NCBI GenBank assembly: GCA_036785375.1
Contig: JAWMAR010000061.1
Location: 8,680,001-8,744,000 of the forward strand
Length of the DNA stretch: 64,000 nucleotides
Direction of reading: 5' to 3'
DNA from: Leucoraja ocellata
Taxonomy: Eukaryota
The translations under genes and the position numbers were made by a program. The notes under the pieces were generated by a model. That model made no database searches. It was not told the DNA's origin and worked only from the letters and a program-made list of their open reading frames with translations. The stretch's first letter is position 1; the number at the start of each line of letters is the position of its first letter. Positions 1 through 13,475 of the stretch are shown here, one piece after another.

Positions 1-219
1 TGCCCGTGGCAATAGTTAATCCATTGTTTATATTATGTTGGATTTCTGCAAACGGTGTAAAGACAAGCTTTTTTTTGTTTTAGCACCGTATCTACATCGC
101 TGAATACATTTTGGCATAAAACTAAAAAATGCTGTAAACATTCAGCAGGTCAGGCAGCATCTCTGAAATGAGAATTAGAGTTAATGTTTCAGGTGGGAAA
201 AAAAATCCTCTCAGATCTC

Positions 220-600
220 TTTGACATCGCTTCCCCTTAAACCTACGCCCTCAAATTTTAGACTCCCCTACCCTGGAAAAAAGACTCAGACTATTTATGC
301 TTCTCATGATTTTATAAACCTCTAAATTCATTCCCCAGCCTCCTTTGTTTCAGGGAAAGCAATTCCAATCTATCAATTGTCTCCTCATCCTTAAGCCCTA
401 CAGTCCATGTGGCATTTATGTGAATCTTTCCACCCCCTCTCTAGCTTAATCACATCCTTCCTATAGCCTGACTACCAAAATTGCACACATTAGTGAACTC
501 AGCCCAACCAACGATTGGCACAACCGTAAGATGATGTCCCTGCTCCTGTACTCACTACTAATCAAGGTAAGCTTCCCGGCCTCCTCACCTTTCTACACGT
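220..600 (-). mobile_element. CR1-type LINE fragment, decayed
   Basis: Resembles the other minus-strand CR1 ORF2 ends in the window (compare 14461-14800). Confidence 0.65.
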
Positions 601-2127
601 GTAGACCAGCTCCTATACACAGCTGGGCACACGCTTTGTGCAAATGCAGTCACATATAAAGTGGATCTTAAACGCTTGCCCTGGGGATTTAAATTGAGCA
701 ACTCACCTGTTATGAGCAACTAAACACTCAATTTGGTTATTTATATTGTTCATGTCTTCTGAATAATTGGGTACAGATAAAGAAATAATGAAGGGAAGGG
801 TTTTTTGAAAATGGCTATCCTTCCATTATACTGGCAAAGCCTTTAACTTTGGTACCTTACTTACAAATGGAAGTACTTTTGAATTGACTAATAATAGGTT
901 ATTCATCTTAATGCCAAGAAAAACATCACAGATATTTATGTAGCTGATTTGAATTCTTAACCAAATATAGCGTGTCGTTCTAGTGACTTTTGAAACCTGC
1001 AGCTTGCCATTATTCAATGGTTAGTCTGTTGATTCAATCCTCTAATTTACTGTTAAAATTCATTACTCTTGGAACTAATCATGGACTTGTTATATGATGC
1101 TATGGATGGCAATTTGAGAAATTAATAGATGTTGTGTAACACAACCATTTGACCCAATGATACATCATAGATACTACCAACGAGATGATCTGGATTATTA
1201 TTTCAAGAATAAGCTATCATATCATGTTCCAGAGGTAGCTGCCAAGATAAATAACCGCTTTTGAGTAAAAATGTCTGACTTACAGAAAGTAGACGATGCA
1301 TATTCCTTGCAACATAAACCATAATCTAAGGCTTTATCTAATTGAAAAAAAAAAAAATGAAGTCCCACATCATTAAGTATCATATAGTGATTGAAATTTT
1401 CATCTTGCAATGTTTGGAGGGTATTTTTGGCCAAATCCTCTATTGAATCTGTACGTTCTGTAATCTGAGATTGACCTGTTTCTGTAAATCAGGCAAATTG
1501 TGTGCAATTAGATGTGTGTTAGATGATGGTTTATGTCAGTGAGCTACTTCTCTCTTTAATCAGTGCACATCTTCCTCTCTAAAGCCTGGGAGATGCATTC
1601 ATTTTACAGAAAGACGCATCATCATGCTGTGGCAGCTGCTCTACACACGGATTGCTCTGCCTAGTACAGCCCTGCTCTGCATAGGTCTGTCTATTCCTGC
1701 TGCAGAAGTAGAACACTGCTCTGTATATCTTCAGCTCTTTGTAGAATACCATCTGTTTCTCCCACCTTATAATTAGAAAACAGAAGTGCATTTGTGAAAA
1801 CTGACCGAATCAGCAGATCTATGAATAACCAGTCAGTTCCAGTAACTTAAAACTAGTGCCTCGGTTCAAAAAGTATGTATTTAATGGTGTATTTGGCAGT
1901 GTGTTGAGTATCAGAATAAGCCACTCATTGATATTTATTGTACATTGATGATTTTTTTCCTTCCCATGGTGTCCTGAGTTGCCTTACTTAGACTTGGGAA
2001 CACAGTGCATGGTATTAACATCCCTGTGAAACCTCACTAATTAGTCCTCCTTTATGCCTTTATAAGTGCTGGTATGCCCTTATGGCAATTGTGGAAGATG
2101 CCATATAATGCTACATCTTAACCATGT

Positions 2128-2250
2128 AACATAGAAATATAGAAATTAGGTGCAGGAGTAGGCCATTCGGCCCTTCGAGCCTGCACCGCCATTCAATATG
2201 ATCATGGCTGATCATCCAACTCGGTAACCTGTACCTGCCTTCTCTCCCCA
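2128..2250 (-). mobile_element. CR1 LINE 3' end
   Basis: ggtgcaggagtaggccattcggcccttcgagcc...atcatggctgatc, shared with copies at 14035, 15476, 49529 and 59283. Confidence 0.8.
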
Positions 2251-2926
2251 CTCCACTGAAAGCCAGAAGCTTAATGGGTTTGCTGATCCATGGACTCCGT
2301 TTAAGATTATTTGAACATGTCTAATTTAGTTAATGGTGCTTGAAAATTGCACAACAGTTTGAGTTGTTGGTGAAGCTAATTTGGATCAGCAGAGATTGAA
2401 AATAAAATAACACTAATATTTATCTTTTAACAATAATGATTTGGCTGCCCCTTTGAAAAAAAGATATTTGAGAACCTTGTGTGGGGCTTTGATTTATTAA
2501 AACCTGGATGGAAAATGATAAAGTTCGGACATAAACTGATTTTATTCCTGTGCTTTTTAAACACTAAGTATAAATCAATGCACATTTCACTCACTGCTGG
2601 TAGTTTTATAGGTTAGTGCTAACTTTCTAAAGATATAATCTGTACCCATGATTGTAAATTTTGTCTTTCTTTTACGTCTATATCTTACTCAAGTGTGTCG
2701 AAATTTTTTGCAAGTCACTAGAGATTTAACTCATTGAAGTTAAATTAGATGGCAAGGCAGACTCATGCTCTAACTACAACATAGATATTAATGATAGATG
2801 TGCTTTACTATTTTTGTCGTGTTTAGATCCTTGTAGTTGTTTCTCAACCTTTCAAATTCCTATCGTGAATATCTTTACTTTGTATCTCTTTTATTTTTTT
2901 CTTTTGTTTTCATTTTGCTTTCCAAG

Positions 2927-3046
2927 GGCATGATGATGCTGTTCCATACCCGGTTTTGAAAAGTGTCGATAGTTTTAGCTTTCTGCATCACCCAGTCCAT
3001 CAGAGGAGTTTAGAGATCCTCCAGAGGTGCAAGGAAGAGAAGTACA
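2927..3046 (+). CDS. MYO9A: MYO9A exon, motor loop-2 insertion (GHDDAVPYP...QRCKEEKY)
   Basis: Long polypyrimidine tract + ccaag acceptor; donor a|gtaagg; 120 nt, phase 1-1. Confidence 0.95.
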
Positions 3047-5434
3047 GTAAGGCTCAAAATCCAGCAATATTCCACTTACCTGCAGGAAATGACATTCCAA
3101 GAGCATTCACTTGATACTAGTGGTCTTCATTAGCTCTTTAAAGTATTAAACAGCTGTTGATATGATTAAGTAACTGAGGTTAGTAACTCCAGTGTTACCA
3201 GTCGGTCGGTACTATGCTGGACTATATTTTAAAATGATCCAACTGAGTACTTAGCTCACAGATGATCACTGGCTAATGAAGACCACTGACTTGAAGCCAA
3301 AGGACACTAGGGATGTTCGTGGATTTGAAACCACAGACTTCAACAAAAAAGGCGCATTATGTAAATTATTCATGCTTATTCCGTACTTTGACTGACACGC
3401 AGGGAATGAAATGAGAAACGGGTTGCTACTTTGCAGAAAAATATTCTTCTCAATTTCAAATGAGAAAAGCCTCAAGATTCTGTGGTTTCGCCAGGTATTT
3501 TTAACCAAAGTGAATATACACCCCATGTTTCTTTGGCTATTCTGCTCAAGTGAATGTTGCTGGTTTTGTTATCATGTCTGTCCCTTTTCCCAGCTCTCTT
3601 TTATGTGTTGACTAACTCTTGTTGTGCATGACCTCAGCAGATCGTCTTGCCTGAGTGCTAATAATTTCACTGGTCTCTTAATCCAGCCAGACAGTACCAA
3701 CAACTACAATAGAGGAAATGACAAACATAAAGTAACTAGCACTTTAACTGTCAGACATCTTTCCTTGTATAGTTTATTTGTTGACTAAGGTGATCAGATG
3801 TTTGTGTATTTTAGGTTGAGCTTGAAAATACAAGTTCAAGTTCAAGTGAGTTTATTGTCGTGTGTCCTTGATAGGACAATGAAATTCTTGCTTTGCTTCA
3901 GCACACAGAACATAGTAGGCATTGACTACAAAACAAATCAGTGTGTCCATATACCGTAATATAAATATATACACACATGAATATAATAACACAATGCCAC
4001 CTTCCTTACTGGTGGGTTCAGGTCTAGAAATGTTGCTTTGGGAGAGGTTTCACTGAAAGTTCAAATGATTAGTCTCCACAAATAATAAATTAGAGCAATA
4101 GGGAATCATTTATACAAATGTAGTGTTTTGACTAAAGATGAATCTGTCCTAAACTTAAAAACAAGGAGGGATTCATGCAAAAGGTGAAGTGAGGGAACCA
4201 CATTACTTTGTGAGCTTTTAACCGACGATCTCATTAATGCTTGTGCTAACAAGTCATCTTGTGTTTTTATATAGGATGTTTTTATGCAGGAAGTATTTTT
4301 TCTAATTAATGACAAGAAACAAAAATTGTAAAAGAAAAATCTAGAGAATTTGAAAGTAATTTGTTTTCCATTTGTCAGCTGAGTGAATTCCACTACTTTA
4401 GGATTGGAGGATTTTTTCAGAGAGTAGTGATATTCTTTCCTTTACCAGTGGGAAGGGATGAAATATATTTATTATCATGTTGATAATAGGTGGCTATGTA
4501 TTCATCCATGGGATGAATGAGGGATTGACCCTCATTGATTTTTTTTTATCCACTAAATTAAGACTTGTTTCTTAAAAGTTTGTCCAGAAGTCATGAATTT
4601 GAATGCAAGTAAGGCTGAAAGTGTGTGTGCCTTGCTGCTTAATGGACATCAGACCCATTTTTTCTTCTAACACCCAAGTTCAAGACATCAAGTAACATGT
4701 GTATATTAAAGCACTTTGTTAAAATGATTACCATAATTTTTGGTCAAGTATAATGAGTTATCTTTGTTCTCCAAGTTGCTTGGTCATTTACATGTGCAAC
4801 ATGCTTTCCTCTGACAACCACTTCAGAGCTATTATACTCATCTATCTCATGGGACTCAGAGGACAAGCCAATTTAATTTGAGACGAATTGGGCAGAGAAT
4901 ATGATTAAAAACACTTCCTGCTATACACTGGAATCCTTGCTTCCATTGGAGCAACTCTTCAATGGTGGTCCCGTGATCTTTCCTAAACATTTTTGCTATT
5001 GTCTTTGCTTCTGGTCTTGTAACCTCATTGACCATTGTTTTATTTTGTACGTGATACATGTTTACTTCCGTGCCTCAATCCTGTGCTTTCTAAGGGTTAG
5101 GCACTGAAAATCTTGGCTGTGATTTTATCTTTTCTGAAAATTAAAATCTTGCTTTGTTATGGAGTATAAAAGAGCAGAACTTAAGACCAGGACATAATTT
5201 ACCAACTTTTTTTTTGCTTTGTTTATGAAGTAAGTGCTTGTTGCAACTATTCCCCGTTCCCCAGACGTATCTTGTGTGTATTGTACCTGTTTCTGCATTG
5301 TATCTGCTGTCAAGGAATATTCAGGTTGTCACTGCTCATATGCCTGCAGCATGCTGTAACAGATGCATGCTTCATTTTGCTGCTGTTCATTTCCATCTGG
5401 TTAATCACCATTTTAGCACTTGTTTTTGTATTAG

Positions 5435-5510
5435 GTATTACAAGAAAAAGCCCCAGAACACCGTTATCTAATTTGCAGGGAGCAAATACCATCAACGACA
5501 AACCCTCACG
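5435..5510 (+). CDS. MYO9A: MYO9A exon (SITRKSPRTPLSNLQGANTINDKPSR)
   Basis: ttag acceptor, cg|gtagga donor, 76 nt, phase 1-2. Confidence 0.95.
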
Positions 5511-5642
5511 GTAGGAATGGATTTCTTCATTTACTTAAGTCAACGATAGTGATTTTGAAGTTATTTGTCATCCTTTAAATCCAAGTTGTTGCAGACGCAA
5601 ATTACTGTGAATTTCCATCACTGAATATGAGAGATAAAATTT

Positions 5643-5955
5643 GACAAAACAGTGGAGCGAAGGGATGGGTGACATTTCGGGTCGAGACTGTTCTTCAGAC
5701 TGAAAGTCATGGGAAAAGGAAACGAGAGATATGGATGATGATGTTGAGAGATATACCCTCTCTCGCTGCTCCCCCTTTTTGCTGTGTCTCCACATCATCG
5801 TCTAAATCTTTTGTTTCCCTCTCCCGTGACTTTCAGTCATCCCGAAACGTCACCCATTCATTCTCCCTAAACACGCTGCCTGTCCTGCTGAGTTACTCCG
5901 GCATTTTGTATTTATCTTCAGTTTAAACTAGCACCTGCAGTTCCTTCCTACACAT
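5643..5955. mobile_element. Fold-back (inverted) Penelope-like terminus
   Basis: Minus-orientation terminus followed by plus-orientation terminus ending tgcagttccttcctacac. Confidence 0.75.
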
Positions 5956-6175
5956 GAATGTTCTTCATCTTGGTGAATTCAAAATTCATAACTAAGTGAA
6001 AAATGAAATGATATTTGAAATGAGAATTATTTATGCTTTAAGAAGTGGGTTAGGCCGTTAGGCAACAGGAATTCTGTATTAAGGAGGTGAATGAAAAGAG
6101 CTTGGTGTTTGTTTATACTCTGCCTGAATCATAATTGAATTCAAAACAACAATAGTGTTTCATGTATGCAGCTGT

Positions 6176-6535
6176 CTTAAGTTCATAAGTGATAGGAGCA
6201 GAATTATGCCATTCGGCCCATCAAGTCTATTCCACCATTCAATCATGGCTGATCTATCTCTCCCTCTTAACCCCATTCTCCTGCCTTCTTCCCATAACCA
6301 TTGACACCCGCACTAATCAAGTATCTATCTATCTCTGCCTTAAAAATATCCATTGACTAGTCCTCCACAGCCTTCTGTGGCAAATAATTTCACAAATTCA
6401 CCACCCTCTGACTAAAGACAATCCTTCTCATCTCCTTCCTAAAGGACCATCCTTTAATTCTGAGGCTACAACCTTTAGTCCTAGACTCTCCCACTGGTGG
6501 AAATATCCTCTCCACATCCACTCTATCCAAACCTT
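6176..6535 (-). mobile_element. CR1 LINE 3' fragment
   Basis: Minus strand carries a decayed SLRIKG...FSQRVV...PQKAVE ORF2 C-terminus. Confidence 0.85.
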
Positions 6536-8499
6536 TTGCAATTCGTACACTGTACATTGTGTACACATCTGAATTCTATTAATGCTAGATGATAAAAGCA
6601 GGAAATGCTGGAAATGTGCATTGCATCTGTTAAGAGTCTTGGAAAAAAATGCTGATTTGGATTGCAGCTCATAATAAAGTTTAGGGATTTCCTTTTATGA
6701 GGCTTGTTATTTTTTTAAAGTTATGAGCTATGGTTGTTACACAAACTGAGAGTGGATTATGAGTTTGGCAATACTTGTGTTTATTTTGTGTAATAATATC
6801 TGTGAATATGAAGTTGACGATAATACTGTTCATTCTTCTAAACATATTTAGAAAGATATTCTGAGAGATACTTAGCAAATATGTGACTGATTTATTCATT
6901 AGATTTGAACTGTGCCTTGGCAAGTTTGAATTATTTTTCAGTTTCTATGACATATGGTGGGAGTGATTCCATTTTACTTTGATATTCTTCATAAAGTATA
7001 TATCACAGCAGGAATTCTTGAAAAGGAAAGGGTTTAGCATATTTTCTCTGACTGGCACTCATTAAAAACCATAAAGCAAGATCATGAGGCGTGTTATAAA
7101 TGTGTGGGCATTTCATGAACTTAGGAACTTGCAAGTACTACTGTCTTACCAAACTCTTCAGGGGAAAATTAATGCTTTCCCACTAAAATCTAGGAAGTTA
7201 ATAAACGTAGAGAATGCGGCAAATATTTAGTGAGTCAGGCAGCATCTTTGGAGTGAAAAATATCTTGGATGTTGCGTTGATGTCCTTTCACCAGAGGAGA
7301 GAAGTTAGAAATCGCAGCTGGTTGAACTTGCAGAGAAGCAGCAAGGGTGGATGGAGCAAAGGGAATGCCTATAGAGTGACAATCGAGTGATTATGAGGTG
7401 ATGGTGAATGCTTATTAACCATAGATAGTCTGGAAAAGATGAATGAAATGAGAGGAGAGCGTAGGGAATATTGACTCACTGATCTGTTTTGTAGTCAATG
7501 CCTACGATGTTCTGTTGTGCTGAAGCAAAGCAAGAATTTCATTGTGATATCAGGGACACATGACAATAAACTCTCTTGAATCTAGTTCAAAGCAGTGAGT
7601 TTGTGTATTAGATTGAAGTTTAAGTCCAAAAAAACAATATTCATTAGAATTGTTTGAATTTTAAAATGTGACACTATTTATTTGCTATTTGTGTATTGAG
7701 CATCATTTTTCTCACACTTCCCCCTTTTTATTGGCTCAAGTTGAGCTTTGACTACAAGCCAAAGTCAGACCTGAGATTTGGTTCAGCCCTGGGAATCTCT
7801 GGTTGCCTTACTTGTTAGCCCTCCTATAGTCTGCTGCTCTGAAGAGAATATTGATTTATTTCCATCAATTATTTAAAGAAAATAATGGCTTATTCTGTAC
7901 CACGGTATTTCCCCGTTGCCACACTAGCAAAAACACAGTGACTTGTGCTGAACCGTGAGTTCATAGAATCGTAGAACACTTACGGCACAGGAAGAGACCA
8001 TATTTTCCCTATTCTTCCTCTTAAACTGCATTACCTCATTTATCTGCATTTTATTTCCTCTGCCATATGTCTGCCTGTTGGTATCTCTATCCTCACAGTT
8101 CTCAGTGCTGCCAAGTTTTATGTCATCTGCAAATTTGGAAATTGTGTTTTGACATCATCATACTTGTGCGGTATTAAACCGTGAGCATTAACAGGCTACA
8201 CAAAAAAGATGGAGAAACTGCACTGCGTTATCTCTTCAAGATATCCAGCATCTGCAGTTCCTTCTTAAGCATTAACAGGCTGTTGGTTAATTGGTGACAT
8301 CCCAGCCAAGAGAGGCTGTCTTAAAAACATTTACACAAAATATTTTGTTACTTTACTTTGGGTGCAGGTACTGTAAAAGCTACCTTCTTATAATTGCAGT
8401 GTTAATCTGCCTAGTTGCCTAACAAAGCTATTGACAAAAGAATAATGAGCAAATAATTTGCACCTTCCATAACAAGTCACAATCAAGAGCATTGTGTTA

Positions 8500-9158
8500 G
8501 ACACAAAATGCTGGAGTAACTCAGTGGGTCAGGCAGTATATCTGCATAGAAGGAATGGGTGACGTTTCTGGTCGAGACCCTTCTTCAGATTGAGAGTCGG
8601 GAGAGAGAAACCCTCAATCTGCCTAAACCTACCTGATCTCCTGGTTGCTAAACACTTTAACTGCTCCTCCCATTCCCACACTGACCTTTCTGCCCTAGGC
8701 CCCCTCCACTGTCAGAGTGAGGCCCAGTGCAAATTTGAGGAACAGCACCTCATATTTTGCTTGGGCAGTTTGCACCCAGCGGTATGAATATTGACTTCTC
8801 TAACTTCAAGTAACCCTTGCTTTCCCTCTCTCTCCATCCCTCCCCCTTTCTAGTTCTCTGAATAGTCTGTGTCCCCTTGATTAAAATGTATCTCTGTATG
8901 CTTTGTTGTCACCTTCTCCTAGCTAACAATGATCTATTTTACATTTTCGTTGAACTTCGTCCCTTTTGATGTCTCATTTTCACAAACCCTTTCTTATCTC
9001 TGTGCCTCCTTCTCCCCTGACTCTCAGTCTGAATAAGGGTCTCGACCCAAAACGTCACCCATTCCTTCTATCCAGAGATGCTGCCTGTCCTGCTGAGTTA
9101 CTCTAGCATTTTGTATCTATCTTCTGTGTAAACCAGCATCCGCAGTTCCTTCCTACAC
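8500..9158 (+). mobile_element. Truncated Penelope-like element: inverted terminus, GIY-YIG endonuclease C-terminal remnant, terminal repeat
   Basis: Remnant VAKHFN...HSHTDL...EEQHLIFCLGSLHP is typical of PLE endonuclease ends; 8500-8590 is inverted relative to about 9027-9120; flanked by gagcattg(t/c)gtta at 8487-8499 and 9159-9171. Confidence 0.85.
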
Positions 9159-10185
9159 GAGCATTGCGTTAATCTATTTGTTTCCATCTTTTCTCACAAC
9201 CAGAGGCAACCAGCCTAGTTCCTGCTATCCTGGGTTGGGGTCACAACACAAAGTGAACCTCACCTTTGTTGCTCTTTATGTGAGCAGTTGAGCATGTGCG
9301 CTATTCTCAGCATTGGAATGTCTGCATTTCTTGCAAGTGTGGTCTGCAGAGAGGGCTTTTCTATCAGCATGAGAGATCACAGCTCAAGTGTTCAGGAAGC
9401 TGGCGTGCGTGATTGGTCTGATTCGGTGATGCAGCTTGACATAGTTTTAGTATGGACCTATTTTTTTGAATCAATAACTGTTTAATATTTCATAACTTCC
9501 ATTTAATTTCACCAGGACTAGCCCAGTTATAACAATACTGGTCATGTCCATTTTTAAATACTGGGTTAAATGGCAGGAACTTTAAGCAAATTTTGAGCGA
9601 TGAAGTTCAGCCGGCAGTGACCATCTGGGAAATTTGATTGTAACAAAATCAGAAATTATATTAATTGAGTTCTTATAATGGTGCATATTCTGGGTGTTTG
9701 CGAATGGCGAGATGCTGTTAAATTAACATGGAGATAGATTGTAAAAGTGTAAACTGATCTCACTGCATTGCTAACTCATTTCTGAAATGTCTTCATAATT
9801 GCTTTGGTGTAGACATACACTTGTGATTTATTGTCCATCCTTTTAGTTGCTTAGTAACCTTATTAATCATACAGCTGCTTCCTGTGTGACTTCATTCTGA
9901 ACATATGGGATTGCCAGCAGAATAATAAAAAAATTGTGGGTTCTCTACTCCCAGTTATTGTAGTTGTGAATAAACCTTTCAATTTGTCTTGTGTTAGGAA
10001 TGAAATTTGCACGTATCAGGAAGTGATTTATTTTGTTGCCCTATATTTAAATGAGAGTTGTTCACTCTTGTTCAGTAGACTAATTCCTTCGATCACCTAT
10101 GGGACTTCTAAAATTAATAAATTCTCTTTCATGTTCAAATGATCATCCCTACCCACCCCGTGCATCTTAAACTCCACAGTTACAA

Positions 10186-10340
10186 ATCCCTACAGGGATC
10201 GGTACTGGGACCTCAGTTGTTTGTGATATATGTAAGTGACTTGGATGAAAGTGTGGATGAGTTGATTAGTAATTTGCAGTTGATACAAAAGTTGGAGATG
10301 CAGACAGTGAAGAAAGGGTGAGAGGTTACACCCAGATAAA
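10186..10340 (+). mobile_element. CR1 reverse transcriptase core fragment
   Basis: QGSVLGPQLFVIYVSDLD motif followed by a decayed FADDTK region. Confidence 0.8.
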
Positions 10341-11230
10341 TCTCTAATATTAAAACTAGACAAAATCTGATCGAACCTGGTTTAAGAACTACAAGATGTA
10401 AATCCTTTTGTCACATGGTATATCTGTTATTCTTCATGTTAAAGTGTTGAGTATTTTCATCATGTGCATTTCATATTTCTTGTTCTATTGATTTCAGATT
10501 TTCATTGTTAATCTGAGAATGCTAAAGGTTATCATGGAACACTTTTTAATATTCTTGCTAAGGTTGTAAAGGATCGCATTTAAATACATGTACTTGGCCG
10601 ATTCAATTTTACATCTTCCAGTTTCATTTAACAGGTCAAAACAATAATGGGTTTTGGTATGACATTGCCACTGCCTCAGTATGTCTGTGTGTTCAAGTCA
10701 TTACATTTATTACAATGAGAATGATTGCAGAATTATTTCAATTTGAATTTGAGTTTTTCTGAGGAATGGGTGACAAAGGCAGAGAGAGGACGATTATTAA
10801 AGTCTGCAGAGGCTGGATCAGTAGTGATTAAGACTGATATTTTTATATCTTATCCACGGAAATGCGGTAATCATAATCTTACATTAAAGAAAATAAATGA
10901 ACAGATTAAAACAAATAAAACCTGAAGAGTTTGGGAACACGTGGCAGGTCGGCTGTATCTTTGGGGGGGGAAGCATAGCTAACAGTTCAAAATTCAATTT
11001 CATAAGAATATTGTGACATATTCCTAAATTCATTGTTTCAATAAACATTTAACAGATCCTTATTAAAATCGGAAGCCAGTCTAAAAGGGTGATGCGTCAA
11101 CATTAATCTACTTTTGGTCTTTCTGATGTTGATGAGCCTGCTGTTATTTCCTTTTTTTGTGTTGGATCTGAGAAAAGGTGGGCTTTATTTGTATTATTAC
11201 CACTGACGCTTTTCTCTTTGTTTTGCACAG

Positions 11231-11371
11231 TGACCTACAGCAAAGCTGGAATGGAAGGACAAGTGTACAGACCACAAGGCTCAACCCTAGCCATTCCTTG
11301 ATTGATGATGAAGGCATTTTTCTAAGTTCTGCCAGCACTAAGCTTTTGGAAAGAGCTCACGGTATTCTAAT
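11231..11371 (+). CDS. MYO9A: MYO9A exon (DLQQSWNGRT...KLLERAHGILM)
   Basis: tgcacag acceptor, at|gtaagt donor, 141 nt, phase 2-2. Confidence 0.95.
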
Positions 11372-11659
11372 GTAAGTTCTGTATCCATCCTAAAAGTACA
11401 AATAATTTTTGGATCGAAACTTAACTGCATCTGGTTTACTGCAATAATGCTGAACCTTGGTGAGACCACACCAGGATCCAACCCAAAACAGCATGTGTCT
11501 ATTTCCCTCCACAGATGCTGCCTGACTTGCTGAGTTTCTCCAGCACTTTGCTTTTTAGAGAGGAAAAAAAACTTACCATAGAGGCTCAGCAAAAAAAGTC
11601 ACTGGTCAGGTTCCTGGTGTGTTTGGTGTATGGGAATAAATTGATTAATCAAAACCTGT

Positions 11660-12145
11660 ATTCTCTCTCGAGTTTTGAAGAATGAACGGTAATGTCTTTG
11701 AAACGTACAGGTCTGGATGCAAGCAGATTGTTTTCCCTGGCTGAGGAGCCCAGAACTAGTGCTCACAATGTGAGAAGAAGGGATAGGCCAACGAGGACTG
11801 ACATAAGGAAAAGCCTCTTCAGTCACAGGATGATGTACCTTAGGAAAAAAGCCACTAAGTGCTGGAATAACTCAGCGGGTCAGGCAGTATCTTAGGAGAA
11901 TATGGATAGGCAATGTTTTGGGTCAGGAACCTTCCATATGTCTATATGAATCTTAGGAATTCTCCATTCTGCATCTGTCGAGGCTTATTTAATTCAGGCA
12001 GAACTGAGACTAATAGATCTCTGCACATTCATGAAACGGGGATCTGGTGCGAGTGCAGGAAAAGAGGCTGAGATAGAGGATTAGCCATGAAGTTGATGAA
12101 TGATGGAACAGGTTCGAAGAGACAAAGAGCCTCCTCTTAATCTGA
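11660..12145 (+). mobile_element. Decayed CR1 3' fragment interrupted by a Penelope-like terminus (about 11850-11935)
   Basis: RLFSLAEEPRTSAHNVRR...KSLFSHRM is CR1-like. Confidence 0.7.
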
Positions 12146-12796
12146 TTTCCACGTCTATTTTGTAGGCTCTCTTTCAACCAGGAATTTATATGAAATATCT
12201 TTTTGTACGCCTTTACTGCTGCATCAAATAAATGTTTGCTATTTTTAATTTAATCAAGAATTGCTATGACATACTGCAATTTGATATCTCCAGATCAAGG
12301 AGACAGGGAGAAACAAAAACGCGTCCTGCTTCTAAGCTGTTATAAAGTGCGTGATGTTCTGCGTTTTATAACTGAAAACCTTGCCAATACAAAACAACGT
12401 CGTCATAAATAGTGTCCACATGGTGGAGAGCAGTGCCTGTGGAAATGTAGGGAAGCAAAAGTTGCAGCCTTCAGGAATGGGAAATGAAAAGTAACGTTGG
12501 AGAGATAGATTTAACAATAGTCAAATATTAGCAATAGCCTGAGGTTTTCAGGAAGGCTGTATTACTGTAGATCTGATGCATTACATCATGGATTGGCAGG
12601 GCTCCTCCACATTGTCAGTATGCATTATTACTTTTTGGGTTGTGAGACTACCAAGAAATCATACAGGGCCTCTCTGTGCTCTGCCTTCCGTGTATCATAT
12701 TTCTGAGGAGATGTGTGGAAGTCATTGCATGTCTAAGTCAGAAACTAAATGGTGCCCCAATATCATGAACAATGGGGAATCCTTGAAGCTTGTACA

Positions 12797-13120
12797 TGGA
12801 CTGGAGGGCGGCAGCTTCAACCATCCCCGGGCCGCGGAGTTTGAACCGGCCCGTTCGCGGAGCTCGGTGAGCCGCGGGACTGACTTACCATCGCCCGGTG
12901 GGGTATCGCCTCAGCGCAGAAGGAGAAGAGGAGGGAAGAGACAGCAGCCCTAAGCTTTTTGCCTCCATCACAGTGAAGAGGTGCTTGGTGGACTCACTGT
13001 GGTGGATGTTAATTTGTGTTTACTGTCTGTTCTGTTGTTTATTATTGTATGTATGGCTGCAGGTAACGACATTTCGTTCAGACCGTAAGGTCTGAATGCC
13101 AAATAAAGGATCTAATTCTA
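12797..13120 (+). mobile_element. GC-rich non-coding retroelement 3' part with terminal stem-loop
   Basis: CpG-rich block in an AT-rich intron; ends atggctgcag...catttcgttcagaccgtaaggtctgaatgccaaataaa. Confidence 0.65.
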
Positions 13121-13144
13121 ATGAGGTGACTAAATCCAAATGTA

Positions 13145-13475
13145 GAGTCATAGAGTTGTACAGCACAGAAATGGGTCCTCCAGCATCCAGCCCAGCTCAT
13201 CTATACTGATCTAGATGTCCCATCTAAGCTCATCCCATTTGCCTGTGTTTTGCCTATATCCCTCCAAACTTTTCCCATCCAAGTACCTGTCCAAATGTAT
13301 TTTATATGTTGTTATTCTACCTGCCTCAACTACTTACTCTAAGCTTGTTCCATATATCCACCACCCTCTGTGTGAAAATATCCCTCAGGTTGTTGTTAAA
13401 TCCTTTCCCTCTCACCCACCTTAATCCTGTGGCCTCTAGTTCTTGATTCCCTTATCCTGAGAAAAACACTGCATT
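13145..13475 (-). mobile_element. CR1 LINE 3' fragment
   Basis: Tail catagagtc-type repeat and decayed ORF2 end. Confidence 0.7.

Noticed and set aside
3687-3731. Possible microexon (ccag...aaa|gtaact)
   Set aside because: The 45-nt form has an in-frame TAG in the required phase and the 41-nt form shifts the frame.
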